In this document: positions 9,191 through 18,160 of the stretch, in pieces | Layout of the letters: each line of letters starts with the position of its first letter | Position numbering within the stretch: the stretch's first letter is position 1 | NCBI GenBank assembly: GCA_042563095.1 | Contig: JBHPMS010000003.1 | Location: forward strand, 1 to 53,687 | Direction: 5' to 3' | DNA length: 53,687 nucleotides | Source of the DNA: Candidatus Margulisiibacteriota bacterium | GTDB lineage: Bacteria; Margulisbacteria; WOR-1; XYC2-FULL-46-14 | Notes under the pieces: generated by a model | Databases searched by the model: none | Seen by the model: only the letters and a program-made list of their open reading frames with translations | Told to the model about the DNA's origin: nothing | Position numbers and translations under genes: made by a program

Positions 9191-9679
9191 TCAATTCGAT
9201 GCGGGCCATCCAATGCTCCTAAACAACTCAAGGAAGCCAGCGGGATTCTGGTTTTCTGTTTCGTTCTTTTTATTGAAATCTTTTTGATCGCTTTTCTTGA
9301 CCAAGTGATATACTGTATTAATCCTTATTACTGAACTAATTATCTCATAATATTCTTTCTCAACCAGCTTATCTACTATTTTATTGGATCCGGGTTTTTC
9401 ATATACATTGCATGAATGATACTTTGCTTTCAGCATGGTTTTATTATTATTTATTTCTATATCCTCTTCTGAAACATACCCAATTGGCTTAGACATACTT
9501 GTTCGCAAATGTCCGATGACTGGCAATATAAATATTATTCCTACAATCCCAAAAAACACAAGGTATTCAGCAGTTTTGTTAGATGTATTTTGTACTATTT
9601 GTGCATGAGCTTGGCTGTTATAAATACAAATATTTAATACTGCTAATAATAAAAATATAACAATTATCTTCTTATGCAT
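9191..9679 (-). CDS. Small exported/membrane protein ending in WPASN
   Basis: The ORF-track TTG start at 9697 is the GGAGG RBS itself, so ATG 9679 (MHKKIIVIFLL) is preferred. Signal peptide plus a second TM segment; C-terminal half is homologous to the 9719-10429 product. Confidence 0.7.
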   Translation of the reverse strand: MHKKIIVIFLLLAVLNICIYNSQAHAQIVQNTSNKTAEYLVFFGIVGIIFILPVIGHLRTSMSKPIGYVSEEDIEINNNKTMLKAKYHSCNVYEKPGSNKIVDKLVEKEYYEIISSVIRINTVYHLVKKSDQKDFNKKNETENQNPAGFLELFRSIGWPASN

Positions 9680-9718
9680 TGTAATTATTTCCTCCAAAAA
9701 AAATCTGTATCATCTCAT

Positions 9719-10429
9719 TTAGTTCGATGCGGGCCATAAAGCCCCTCCAAAAAGAAATTCCAATATATTTGACGGATTATCCTTTCTTGTTTTATCTGTA
9801 TTTTCAGTATTTTTATCGGTTCTTACAATAAGATAATATGTAACATTATCTTTTTTTTGAGAACTAATTTTTCGATACTTGTAATTTTTATCTAATTCAC
9901 CAATAATTTTACTGCTTCCAGCCTGTTTATAAATAAGTATATTTTTACGCTTAAAAATAATATGGGCAGATTGCGAATCAACTTTCACATCGTTTTCAGA
10001 AACCCATAACCAATCCTTATTAACAACTTGGAGCTGCGTATTTTTGCTGCTTTTAATTGATGGATATTTAGTAGCGCCCGGGATATTTTGTGCCCATAAC
10101 TTCTCTTTTTCAATAGAAACATTATTTATCCACGCATTTAAGCCTGGTTTTACTTCAACACTAGTCCAGCTATCTATTTCTTCTGCAACCTTGTATCTTT
10201 CACCTTTATTGACATATGATATCCTATCTGCTTTCCAGTTAGGTAAATTATAGGCTACAGAAGCATGTCTAATAATGACATAGAAGTCACTATCTGCTAA
10301 AGAACTTCCTTCCTGTGTGCTGGCAAGTACTTGGTTTGAGAATAAAACCGATAAAATAATTAATACAATAATAATTATAGAGATCCAATCGCAATATTTA
10401 ATAAAATATTTATTCATTTGTTTTCCCAT
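9719..10429 (-). CDS. Exported SH3b-like domain protein ending in WPASN
   Basis: N-terminal TM; RISYVNKGERYKVAEEIDSWTSVEVKPGLNAWI fits a bacterial SH3 pattern; start codon lies inside the 61-bp head. Confidence 0.65.
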   Translation of the reverse strand: MGKQMNKYFIKYCDWISIIIIVLIILSVLFSNQVLASTQEGSSLADSDFYVIIRHASVAYNLPNWKADRISYVNKGERYKVAEEIDSWTSVEVKPGLNAWINNVSIEKEKLWAQNIPGATKYPSIKSSKNTQLQVVNKDWLWVSENDVKVDSQSAHIIFKRKNILIYKQAGSSKIIGELDKNYKYRKISSQKKDNVTYYLIVRTDKNTENTDKTRKDNPSNILEFLFGGALWPASN

Positions 10430-10485
10430 CCGTTTACCTCATTCTATCCGATCCGGCCTGGTTTGGGTAGTGGGGCGGGATTGGT
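10425..10485. repeat. 61-bp cassette head repeat, copy 2
   Basis: 59/61 identical to 5779-5839. Confidence 0.9.
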
Positions 10486-10500
10486 CAAACCGGCGGGATT

Positions 10501-10839
10501 TTAATTGTTTGAGATTATTTTTTCAAGTTGAATTATCAGGAGAGGTATATCATCTGTAATTATTTCCCAGACAATATCCAGGTCAACGTCAAAATATCCA
10601 TGGATAAGACGGTCTCGTGTGCCAGCGATTTCCTTCCAGGCAATTTCCGGATATTGTTGGCGAGAAGATGAAGAAACACCTTTTGCTGCTTCTCCAATAA
10701 CTTCTAATAATCGGATCAATGCTAATGACAATTGTTCGTCTGATTCCAGTTCATCGCGTTTCCTGCCCTGAGCAAAACTTGATGCCTTTTTTGAAGCATC
10801 TAACATATGACGGATTCTAACTAGATCCTCATTAACCAA
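10501..10839 (-). CDS. HepT-like (DUF86) RNase toxin
   Basis: WKEIAGTRDRLIHGYFDVDLDIVW with Rx4H motif; directly downstream of an MNT. Confidence 0.88.
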   Translation of the reverse strand: MVNEDLVRIRHMLDASKKASSFAQGRKRDELESDEQLSLALIRLLEVIGEAAKGVSSSSRQQYPEIAWKEIAGTRDRLIHGYFDVDLDIVWEIITDDIPLLIIQLEKIISNN

Positions 10840-11128
10840 AATATATAACCTCCGCTTTTGATATTACCTGATCACGAAAGTAGCGACTTAAAAAATTGGG
10901 TGTATGTAAATCCACCTTGTGTTTTAAGATTTTTGACAGCTCCTCTTCCATAGTAAAAAAAGCAAATCCAGGTATGTGTTGCTGTTCAAATTCTACAAGA
11001 ACATCTACATCGCTATCTGGACGAAAATCAGAACTGAGAACAGAACCAAAAAAAGATAATTTTAAAATGTGGTGCTGACGGCAATAATCAGCCAGCTTAT
11101 CATTGTCAACAGGTATTCTTACAGTCAT
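10832..11128 (-). CDS. MntA-like nucleotidyltransferase antitoxin
   Basis: FFGSVLSSDFRPDSDVDVLVEF; overlaps the toxin start. Confidence 0.88.
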   Translation of the reverse strand: MTVRIPVDNDKLADYCRQHHILKLSFFGSVLSSDFRPDSDVDVLVEFEQQHIPGFAFFTMEEELSKILKHKVDLHTPNFLSRYFRDQVISKAEVIYFG

Positions 11129-11156
11129 AAGTAAACTCTTTAAAAAGTCGATTTAT

Positions 11157-11185
11157 ATTATGCCATTTTATAGGGGGAAATGCAA
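11157..11185 (-). promoter_or_regulatory. Sigma70-type promoter of MNT-HepT
   Basis: TTGCAT-17 bp-CATAAT on the minus strand. Confidence 0.55.
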
Positions 11186-11314
11186 GGTCGGGTTAAGTGG
11201 ATTTGCATAGTGTTTTATCAATCACGGATCCTCCTTCGTGCTACTTTACGCTTCGTGCATTGTAGAACTCCGGCGGATAAATAGTGGAAAAAAAACCGGG
11301 ATGAGGGATTTTCC

Positions 11315-11343
11315 TTGTACAGTTGTTATTGGAATGCTAAAAT
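11315..11343 (+). promoter_or_regulatory. Sigma70-type promoter of the antitoxin-PIN pair
   Basis: TTGTAC-17 bp-TAAAAT, followed by GAGGAG RBS. Confidence 0.6.
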
Positions 11344-11363
11344 ATTAATTAGAGAGGAGATCT

Positions 11364-11579
11364 ATGAAATATCAAAGGCACCAATTGCTTAATGATCTGG
11401 AAAGAATAACCGGGGAAATTGCTGGCCTAAAAAAAATAATTATACTTGAATTTAAGCCATCCTCCAATGGAAAGAATAAAGCAGCTTGGGATGATCTAAA
11501 AAAATCTATCAGTGAATTATCCAATAAATGGGATAATCTATCAGCTTCTGAAGAGATAAGAAGACAAAGGGAAAAATAA
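11364..11579 (+). CDS. Putative antitoxin (VapB-like position)
   Basis: 71 aa; its stop abuts the TTG start of a PIN gene. Confidence 0.65.
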   Translation: MKYQRHQLLNDLERITGEIAGLKKIIILEFKPSSNGKNKAAWDDLKKSISELSNKWDNLSASEEIRRQREK

Positions 11580-12008
11580 TTGGAACGTTTAACCTTAGAT
11601 AGTTCTGTCATTGTAGCTGCTCTACGAAGACCCGAAGAAAAACATCATGAATGTATAAAATTATTAGAAGGGATTATCAATGGAGATTTTGAAGCTGTAG
11701 AACCATATAGTGTACTGGTAGAAGTAGTCGCCGCCGTTAAGAGAAGAACTGGATCCGAACAATTTGCTCGAAGGATAAGAGATAACCTCTTATCAATTGA
11801 TACAATATCATTTGAAGAGTTAGTAAGATTTCGAGCAGAAAAGGCAGCAGAAATGGCGTTGTTGTCTGGCTTGCGTGGGATGGATGCACTGGTAGTGCAA
11901 ATCGCAAAGGAAAATAATTGTGTATTAGTAACTCTTGATAGTGAAATGATTAAGCTGGGCCAGAGATTTGTTAAAACTAAAACTGTTGAAGAATTGTTGA
12001 AGAATTAA
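11580..12008 (+). CDS. vapC: PIN-domain VapC-family toxin
   Basis: TLDSSV (Asp), VLVEVV (Glu), GMDAL (Asp), VTLDSE acidic PIN pattern. Confidence 0.85.
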   Translation: MERLTLDSSVIVAALRRPEEKHHECIKLLEGIINGDFEAVEPYSVLVEVVAAVKRRTGSEQFARRIRDNLLSIDTISFEELVRFRAEKAAEMALLSGLRGMDALVVQIAKENNCVLVTLDSEMIKLGQRFVKTKTVEELLKN

Positions 12009-12120
12009 TAAAGCCGGATTAACTACCCATTATATTTGGTGATAAAATCCGGGCGGAATGCTTCCATTTAATATGAATTATGCTATAATAATCTCAATCT
12101 TGCATTAGTTTCTTAGGAGT

Positions 12121-12621
12121 GTGAATTATATGAGCAACAAACCTTTGGTAATGGTAGTTGATGACGAGGTTGATCTGGCTGATACTATAAGCAATACAAT
12201 CCGTGAAAGTGGTAAATATGTTTCTTTAACCGCCTATTCTGCCAAAGAAGCGCTTGGTTTAATTGAAGAACATAAGAATTTTTTTAAAGTAAACAATACC
12301 ACCATTCGTTTGATTATACTTGATATAAAAATGCCCGAAATGGATGGGCTGGAATTTTTGGCAAAAGTCAGGGAAACTTACCCGCCCGAAAAAATTGGTG
12401 TGCTGATGTTGACCGCCTGGGAAGATCCGGATAAATGGGAGAAAGCCCGTGAAGGCTTTGTGGTTGCTTATCTTAAAAAACCATTCAAAGCTGATGAGCT
12501 TTTATCAGCCATCGACCGCTTCTTTGCCGGTAAAGATAAATGGATGATTGAACAGACTAAGTGGGAAACCCACGCGCGTGAAACAAAACTCCATGCCCAG
12601 GAAAAAGAGAAGAAGGACTGA
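12121..12621 (+). CDS. Single-domain response regulator (CheY-like) with short C-terminal extension
   Basis: VVDDE, LDIKMPEMDG phosphoacceptor, LTA, KPF motifs. Confidence 0.88.
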   Translation: MNYMSNKPLVMVVDDEVDLADTISNTIRESGKYVSLTAYSAKEALGLIEEHKNFFKVNNTTIRLIILDIKMPEMDGLEFLAKVRETYPPEKIGVLMLTAWEDPDKWEKAREGFVVAYLKKPFKADELLSAIDRFFAGKDKWMIEQTKWETHARETKLHAQEKEKKD

Positions 12622-12622
12622 A

Positions 12623-14707
12623 CTACTCTTGGCTGATCATCCCGATTGACTGGACCTTAACTTGTGGAACAATTTCATTGTAAGATAAAGTTGCAACATC
12701 GGGAAAACTCCGTTCGATAAACTTTTTAAAATGGGGGCGGAGGCGGGGGGAGCCGAGGATAACTGGATTGATCTTCATAGATTTGAAATTGCGCAAATGC
12801 CGCTGCACTTGCAGCAATATCTTTTCACCCATATTCGGATCAACTGCCAAAAATGAACCATACTCTGATTGATGAATTGCCCCAATCAAGGTTTCTTCAA
12901 GCGACGGATCAATGGTTACAACCGTAATTACTCCTTCCTTGTCAGAATAAGCTTCACAAATCTGGCGGGCTAATGACTGCCTGACATATTCAGTTAAAAC
13001 ATTGATATCTCTAGAAAGATGGGCGTAATCGGCTAGTCTTTCTAAAATAGTTGAAAGGTCACGGATCGAGACCCGCTCCCTAACCAAAAGCTGTAATACT
13101 TTATGGACCTGCCCCAAAGATAAAAGGTCAGGAATTAATTCTCTTACAATTGCCGCATTTGAGTTTTTAACCAGTTCAATCAAAGATTGCACATTCTGTC
13201 GGGTCATTATTTCATCAGCATAGCGCTTAATAACTTCGGTAAAGTGGGTTGAGATTGCGTCAATAACGTCGATCGAGGTTATCTCTTCTTTTTGTAATTC
13301 AGATAAAAATTCATCCGGCACCCAGGTGACCGGATCGCCGCTAATCGGATCACGGCTCTCATTTCCACCAATTTTCTTTGCTTTTAAGCTAGAAACCGGA
13401 CGATCTACCCGGTGGTGCCCGGGATATGCTTCACCGGTTGAAACACGGGTACCCCTGATTTCAACCGTATACTGGTTTGGTGGGAGCGAAAGGTCATCCA
13501 TTACTCTTACCCCGGGAATGACAAATCCAAGTTCTTGCCCAATCTGATAACGGATTAAAGTAATTCTTTCAAGCAGCGGACCCTTCTGTCCCGGATCAAT
13601 CAATGGAATAAGGTTTCTTCCGGCTTTTAATGAGAGCGGATCAAGACCCAGTGTGCCAAGTATGCTTTCCGGTTTCTTTAAAACTTCTTTATTTGTAACT
13701 TCATCACCCATAACCTGGACTTCTTGTGATTTATTTTTGCTCTGTACCAGGACAATGGCGGCAGTCCCCGCTGCTCCCGATAACACCAAAAAGGGGAGGG
13801 TGGGGAGCCCCGGAATAATTGCAAACACACCTAATATAATGGATACAAAAGCAAAAGCGCGCGGCTGGGCAAAGATCTGCTGGGCAACGTCCGTTCCCAA
13901 ACTCATTTCAGAAGCTGATTTGGTTATAACTAATCCGGTTGCCACTGATATTAGGAGTGCGGTTAAAGAAGCAAGTATTCCAGCACCAATGGTTAACTGG
14001 GCATAAGTTGTAAGTGCAGTTTGGATATCCAGCCCTCTTTGTAGCCACCCAATTAATATTCCGCCTAAGATATTTACAATTACGATGATGATGCCGGCGA
14101 TTGAATCCCCGCGGACAAATTTGTTAGAACCGTCCATTGAACCGAAGAAGGTTGCTTCACGCTCTATCTTTCTTCTTCTGCCGCGTGCTTCGGTTGCATC
14201 AATTAAGCCCGCATTTAAATCGGCGTCAATTGACATCTGTTTACCAGGCATCGCGTCGAGTGTGAATCTGGCCGCAACTTCTGCAACCCGTTCGGATCCT
14301 TTTGTGATAACCACAAACTGGATGATTGTAATAATTGCAAAAACAATGACGCCAACAATGTAATTTCCACCAACGACAAAGTTTCCAAAGGCGGCAACAA
14401 CCGTTCCGGCATCGCCGTTTAACAAAATTAAACGCGAAGCGGCAATGTTGAGTGAGAGCCGAAAGAGTGTGATCATCAACAAAATAGATGGAAATGCGGC
14501 AAAGTCTAACGGTTCTTTCAAATACATTGCGACCAATAAAACCAGCAGCGAAAAGGCAATACTTAAGCTAAAGAGCAGGTCAAGTACAAAGGTCGGCAGT
14601 GGAATAATGATCAGGGCAATAATGCCGATGATCATTACCGCAATCAAAAAATCAGGCCCGCTGAAGAGCCCTTTCATTAAATCATTATCAAAACCAGGCA
14701 AAGCCAT
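12623..14707 (-). CDS. flhA: Flagellar export protein FlhA
   Basis: RVAEVAARFTLDAMPGKQMSIDADL, FFGSMDGSNKFVRGD, RERVSIRDL. Confidence 0.97.
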   Translation of the reverse strand: MALPGFDNDLMKGLFSGPDFLIAVMIIGIIALIIIPLPTFVLDLLFSLSIAFSLLVLLVAMYLKEPLDFAAFPSILLMITLFRLSLNIAASRLILLNGDAGTVVAAFGNFVVGGNYIVGVIVFAIITIIQFVVITKGSERVAEVAARFTLDAMPGKQMSIDADLNAGLIDATEARGRRRKIEREATFFGSMDGSNKFVRGDSIAGIIIVIVNILGGILIGWLQRGLDIQTALTTYAQLTIGAGILASLTALLISVATGLVITKSASEMSLGTDVAQQIFAQPRAFAFVSIILGVFAIIPGLPTLPFLVLSGAAGTAAIVLVQSKNKSQEVQVMGDEVTNKEVLKKPESILGTLGLDPLSLKAGRNLIPLIDPGQKGPLLERITLIRYQIGQELGFVIPGVRVMDDLSLPPNQYTVEIRGTRVSTGEAYPGHHRVDRPVSSLKAKKIGGNESRDPISGDPVTWVPDEFLSELQKEEITSIDVIDAISTHFTEVIKRYADEIMTRQNVQSLIELVKNSNAAIVRELIPDLLSLGQVHKVLQLLVRERVSIRDLSTILERLADYAHLSRDINVLTEYVRQSLARQICEAYSDKEGVITVVTIDPSLEETLIGAIHQSEYGSFLAVDPNMGEKILLQVQRHLRNFKSMKINPVILGSPRLRPHFKKFIERSFPDVATLSYNEIVPQVKVQSIGMISQE

Positions 14708-14721
14708 ACCAAATTATACTC

Positions 14722-15828
14722 CTATGATTTAATCGGGGCAAGACGAGCTTTGCGTCGAGCGAGTTTTTCGCGTTTCAGTTTATAAATGTAAGCTAAGACT
14801 TCGGCTACCGCTTGATACAATTCCCTTGGCATTTTTTCACCAACATCAGTAGTCCGGTAGATTGAGCGGGCGAGTGGTTCGTTTTCTACAATCGGAACAT
14901 TAGCCTCATCCGCAATTTTTTTGATTTCTTCGGCTGCTTTTCTTAATCCTTTTGCTAAAAGTATCGGTGCTTTCATCTGCCTGGCTTTATACTGTATGGC
15001 AACAGCTACGTGAGTTGGGTTGGTAACAACAACATCAGCCTGTGGAACCGATGACATCATTCGCTGCTGGGCGACCTGGCGCTGCAGGTCTCGCATCCTT
15101 TGTTTAACCATCGGATCTCCCTCCAACCGCTTATATTCCTCTTTTATCTCCTGTTTGGTCATTTTTAAATTACGCATATATTCGAAGCGTTTGTAAAAGT
15201 AATCAAGGATTGCAATTATTATATAAAAAGAGCCGACCCGCATGGCAGCTTTGTAGGCGATCGATCCACCCAGGACCAGTGCATCCCACGGTTGTCCTTC
15301 CATCAAGACAATAATGAAGGGGAGGTCTTCTTGCACCGCCCGGATCATGATATAAAAAACGATAAATATTTTTAATAGTGATTTTATCAGTTCAACAAAT
15401 CCCTGCATCGAAAAAATCTTTTTGAATCCTTCCAGCGGATTCAGTTTCTCAATTTTTGGGGTAAGCGGGTCGAATGATACCACAAACCCGGTCTGCAGAG
15501 CCTCTGTGACCAGTGCGGCAATGTAAGTTATGCCAAAAATTGGCAAAAGCACAAAAGCCATGGCCCTGATCCCGACTAACAGTATATAGGCAACAGTTGA
15601 GAGCGAAAATTCATGGGCAACATGCGGGATTAAATTGAGAATTGTAAAAGCCATACCGTACAGTTCTTTCCACATGTATTCGCCCAGATTCTTAAAAAGA
15701 TAGTATGAAATAAGCAGCAAAACCGCGGTGGTTATCTCTTTGCTTTTTGCTACCTGCCCTTTTTTTCTCGCTTCGCTCAGGCGATGCGGCGTCGGTTCTT
15801 CGGTTTTATCTCCGCCCTGGTCTCCCAT
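14722..15828 (-). CDS. flhB: Flagellar export protein FlhB
   Basis: DKTEEPTPHRL; EYKRLEGDP; NPTH autocleavage motif. Confidence 0.97.
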   Translation of the reverse strand: MGDQGGDKTEEPTPHRLSEARKKGQVAKSKEITTAVLLLISYYLFKNLGEYMWKELYGMAFTILNLIPHVAHEFSLSTVAYILLVGIRAMAFVLLPIFGITYIAALVTEALQTGFVVSFDPLTPKIEKLNPLEGFKKIFSMQGFVELIKSLLKIFIVFYIMIRAVQEDLPFIIVLMEGQPWDALVLGGSIAYKAAMRVGSFYIIIAILDYFYKRFEYMRNLKMTKQEIKEEYKRLEGDPMVKQRMRDLQRQVAQQRMMSSVPQADVVVTNPTHVAVAIQYKARQMKAPILLAKGLRKAAEEIKKIADEANVPIVENEPLARSIYRTTDVGEKMPRELYQAVAEVLAYIYKLKREKLARRKARLAPIKS

Positions 15829-15869
15829 TTTCCCTCCTTAATCCTTAATTCCTGATCCTCTAGAAAGAA

Positions 15870-16643
15870 TCACTTCAAGTACATCAAAACGGTTAAAGTT
15901 TTTTCTGCCATAATTGAAATTAATTTTTGGATCTGGTTAAGCAAAACCGGCAGGGTAAAAAGTATTCCGATTAATCCCAGGGACGGCTTAATTTGAAAGC
16001 CTAACATAAAGACGTTTACCTGTGGAGCAACACGTGAGACGATCCCAAACGAAAAATCAGATAGGAATATCAATAAGACAATCGGAGCGGCGATCCTGAT
16101 CGCGGTTGACCAGAGCATGGTTCCGAGGCTAATTAGTTCAAACAGTGCGGGACGGGATGCAAAGTTGGCAAACTGTCCGGCCGGGATCATTCGAAAACTT
16201 TGTTGCAGTGTCGTTAAAATAAGGTGGTGGCCGTCAAAAAAAAGAAAGGCAACCAGTGCAATCCAAAAAATTAAGCGGGCGACTACAGAGATAACTGATC
16301 CAAAGACCGGATCAAGCGCGGTAGCCACTGATAATCCCATTTGCATGTCCATAATTTCACCAGCCGCCTGGAGACCAATAAAAATTATGTTGCAGATCAA
16401 ACCAATTATCAAACCGAGCGCAACTTCACCCAGCAGCAAGATGACAAAACCGGCCAGGCTGAAAGGTAAATTTGGTGTAATCGGAGTTACAAACCAAAGG
16501 ACCAGGGCAATCCAGATTGCAAAGCCGATCTTGGCAGAAGCAGGAAAAGAACGGGAATTAAAGATGGGAGCTTGCAGAAAAACTCCCATGATCCTGGCGA
16601 GCATCAAAAAAAATGACATTAACTGGCCAAAAGAGATGACCAT
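15870..16643 (-). CDS. fliR: Flagellar export protein FliR
   Basis: AGEIMDMQMGL, DGHH, RVAPQVNVF; gene order. Confidence 0.95.
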   Translation of the reverse strand: MVISFGQLMSFFLMLARIMGVFLQAPIFNSRSFPASAKIGFAIWIALVLWFVTPITPNLPFSLAGFVILLLGEVALGLIIGLICNIIFIGLQAAGEIMDMQMGLSVATALDPVFGSVISVVARLIFWIALVAFLFFDGHHLILTTLQQSFRMIPAGQFANFASRPALFELISLGTMLWSTAIRIAAPIVLLIFLSDFSFGIVSRVAPQVNVFMLGFQIKPSLGLIGILFTLPVLLNQIQKLISIMAEKTLTVLMYLK

Positions 16644-16912
16644 CAGCGCACCATGGCAGGAATATTACCCCAGAGTGTTGATGTAAAATCAACCAACATT
16701 GATATTAACCAGGGAGAAGTGAAGGCTATCATCAACATTACTGTTACCATTTTTGGGACAAAAGTTAATGTTTGCTCCTGGATTTGCGTAACCGCCTGGA
16801 AGAGTGAGACCGTAAAACCGACCAGCAGGCCCGCCCCCACCATTGGAAGGGAAAGCATAAGGATTAACGTTATGCCTTGATATAATACTTGTACCGCAAA
16901 ATCTTGGTTCAT
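16643..16912 (-). CDS. fliQ: Flagellar export protein FliQ
   Basis: FQAVTQIQEQTLTFVPK. Confidence 0.96.
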   Translation of the reverse strand: MNQDFAVQVLYQGITLILMLSLPMVGAGLLVGFTVSLFQAVTQIQEQTLTFVPKMVTVMLMIAFTSPWLISMLVDFTSTLWGNIPAMVR

Positions 16913-17586
16913 CTAAAACTCAATAACAATCCTTTTGTAATTAAATTCCACCCATCTACCAGGACGAATAAAAGTATCTTAAAGGGTAAAGAAACCATAA
17001 CTGGAGACAACATAAACATTCCTAAAGAGAGTAAAATATTGGCAACTACCAGGTCAATTACGATAAACGGGATAAAAAGCAAAAACCCAATCTGGAAAGC
17101 AGTTTTTAATTCAGAAATCATGAATGAGGGAATAATCACATGGGTTGGAACCTCTTCTACACTTTTGGGAGTTGGAATTTTTGAAAAACCGACAAAGAGT
17201 TCCAGGTCTTTTTCCCTGATTTGCCTGATCATAAATTTTTTAAGAGGTTTAACTCCCCGGTCAAAAGCGGCTCTTTCTGAAATCTTTCCCTGGGTGTAGG
17301 GAGTAATCGCAACTTTATTTACATCGTTGAATACCGGCGCCATTACAAAAACTGTCATAAAAATAGCAAGGCTGATCAGGACAGAAGAGGGGGGGACCTG
17401 CTGGGTTCCAACCGCGGTTCTGATTAATGCCAAAACGATTATGGTCCTTAAAAAGCTGGTAACAGAGATCAAGAAAAAGGGGGCGAGTGAGATTAAGGCA
17501 ATCCCAAGGATTAATTGAATGCTGCTGCTAAACTGAGGCGAAGAAAGAATCTGGTTAAAATCAAGGCCGGCTGCCAGTGGATTCAT
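16909..17586 (-). CDS. fliP: Flagellar export protein FliP
   Basis: TSFLRTIIVL, GTQQVPP, SELKTAFQIGF, SLPFKILLFVLVDGW. Confidence 0.97.
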   Translation of the reverse strand: MNPLAAGLDFNQILSSPQFSSSIQLILGIALISLAPFFLISVTSFLRTIIVLALIRTAVGTQQVPPSSVLISLAIFMTVFVMAPVFNDVNKVAITPYTQGKISERAAFDRGVKPLKKFMIRQIREKDLELFVGFSKIPTPKSVEEVPTHVIIPSFMISELKTAFQIGFLLFIPFIVIDLVVANILLSLGMFMLSPVMVSLPFKILLFVLVDGWNLITKGLLLSFR

Positions 17587-17873
17587 GCCTCTTCCTCAAA
17601 AGAATCTAAAAGCAACATGTTCTTCTGGCTTACTGCAACCAGGTAAGATTTGTTGTTTGACTTTATCATGTAAGCAGATACTCCGGGTTCTAATCCGATC
17701 CTCTCTACAATTTTAACTGATTGTCCCATATTTTGCATTTTAAACCTGGGGAGCAGATATTTTGATGCTACGTAAATTAAACCTAGAACAATTGCTAAGG
17801 ACAAAAAAACCTGCATGATGTACCCGAAAGTGATAATTGGAGTATTTTGTAAACTTAAGGCCTCTTGAGTCAT
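17583..17873 (-). CDS. fliO: FliO-like protein
   Basis: One TM followed by VKIVERIGL; lies between fliN and fliP. Confidence 0.75.
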   Translation of the reverse strand: MTQEALSLQNTPIITFGYIMQVFLSLAIVLGLIYVASKYLLPRFKMQNMGQSVKIVERIGLEPGVSAYMIKSNNKSYLVAVSQKNMLLLDSFEEEA

Positions 17874-18160
17874 TGGATTACGACATTGGTTATTCGCAAA
17901 CCATAGCTGTCGTCAATTGCTACTACTTCGCCCTGGGCAATTAACTGTCCACCCACTTTTAAGTCAAGTGGCTCTCCGGCTAAGCGGTCTAACTCTATAA
18001 TCGCTCCTTCTTTTAACTCAAGTATTTCTCGCAGGGTCAATTTGGTCCGCCCCAATTCAACCGCTACTTCGATCGGAATTTCTCCTAAAGTTTTGTCAGT
18101 TAATGATGCTCCGGTAGCCTGTTCTTCTAGTTCTGGAAAATGTACTTTTTTAACTTCCAT
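17870..18160 (-). CDS. fliN: Flagellar motor switch protein FliN
   Basis: IPIEVAVELGRTKL...IIELDRLAGEPLDL...AQGEVV (SpoA domain). Confidence 0.93.
   Translation of the reverse strand: MEVKKVHFPELEEQATGASLTDKTLGEIPIEVAVELGRTKLTLREILELKEGAIIELDRLAGEPLDLKVGGQLIAQGEVVAIDDSYGLRITNVVIQ

Noticed and set aside
5779-10485. CRISPR array from the 61-bp repeats
   Set aside because: Only two copies 4.6 kb apart, no spacers and no cas genes.
5044-12008. Integron cassette array
   Set aside because: TA modules and small ORFs suggested it, but I found no RYYYAAC...GTTRRRY attC hairpins. The only tyrosine recombinase is 30 kb away and too short to carry the IntI-specific insertion.
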